The notes beneath the pieces are model-generated. The model was not told the origin of the DNA and did no database searches. It saw only the letters and a list, made by a program, of their open reading frames with translations. Source: Selaginella moellendorffii (taxonomy: Eukaryota; Plantae; Lycopodiophyta). From it: 64,000 nt of DNA. The stretch is from assembly GCF_000143415.4 (NCBI RefSeq), contig NW_003314315.1, positions 372,001-436,000 of the forward strand. The letters are read 5' to 3'. Both the position numbers and the translations under genes were made by a program. This document shows, one piece after another, positions 63,734-64,000 of this stretch. Position 1 is the stretch's first letter. Each line of letters opens with the position of its first letter.

Positions 63734-64000
63734 TCACCCAGTCGAAGTGGTCTCCAGTAAATAGAAGTTGTAGCTTTTAAGAGGATTCTTGAGATTGTAT
63801 TTTTTGGGATGAACTCTCTCTTCTTCCTCATTTAAGTACTGATGCTTTCTCTTCAAGCTTTTACCATTGCTCATGTCCATTTCTCTCTTCTCATGAACTT
63901 TGTGACTGGTTTCTTCCATGGTTGCTGTACTAGTAAATTTTGGAGGCGGCTCACAATCGATGACTTTGGAGACCAAGTCCATGAGATCTATGAAGTCCCG
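63734..64000 (-). CDS. Hypothetical protein, probably 5'-truncated by the window edge
   Basis: The frame stays open toward the window end; shares SLKRK and KYNLK motifs with 58011-58424. Confidence 0.35.
   Translation of the reverse strand, partial: RDFIDLMDLVSKVIDCEPPPKFTSTATMEETSHKVHEKREMDMSNGKSLKRKHQYLNEEEERVHPKKYNLKNPLKSYNFYLLETTSTG

Overview
Gene-dense plant nuclear DNA with very short (~50-75 nt) introns, tiny intergenic spacers and many PLS-class PPR genes. By inference it resembles the lycophyte Selaginella; the organism is not proven from sequence alone. Recognisable genes are ALG6, an A1 aspartic protease, caffeoyl shikimate esterase, a UGT, CDC5 (two copies plus a fragment), a RIC/CRIB protein, GRXS16, a G-patch/zinc-finger protein, a MEKK-like kinase, a lipid phosphate phosphatase, a GDSL lipase, a LOG-like protein, CAF1 and six long PPR genes. 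The window also holds three identical tRNA-Gly(CCC) genes, a fourth decayed tRNA remnant and LINE remnants. The main structural features are two inverted duplications. One is a fungal-type FAD-linked (BBE-like) oxidase facing its pseudogene (1-3.5 kb). The other is a ~5 kb CDC5 / MpaB'-like oxygenase / tRNA-Gly / PPR cassette repeated in inverted orientation (32.4-45.7 kb), in which the two arms have decayed reciprocally. Each duplication contains tRNA-Gly(CCC), a related PPR sequence and an intronless enzyme gene of microbial-looking type. Exon boundaries were read by eye and family calls come from motif recognition; no database search was run.
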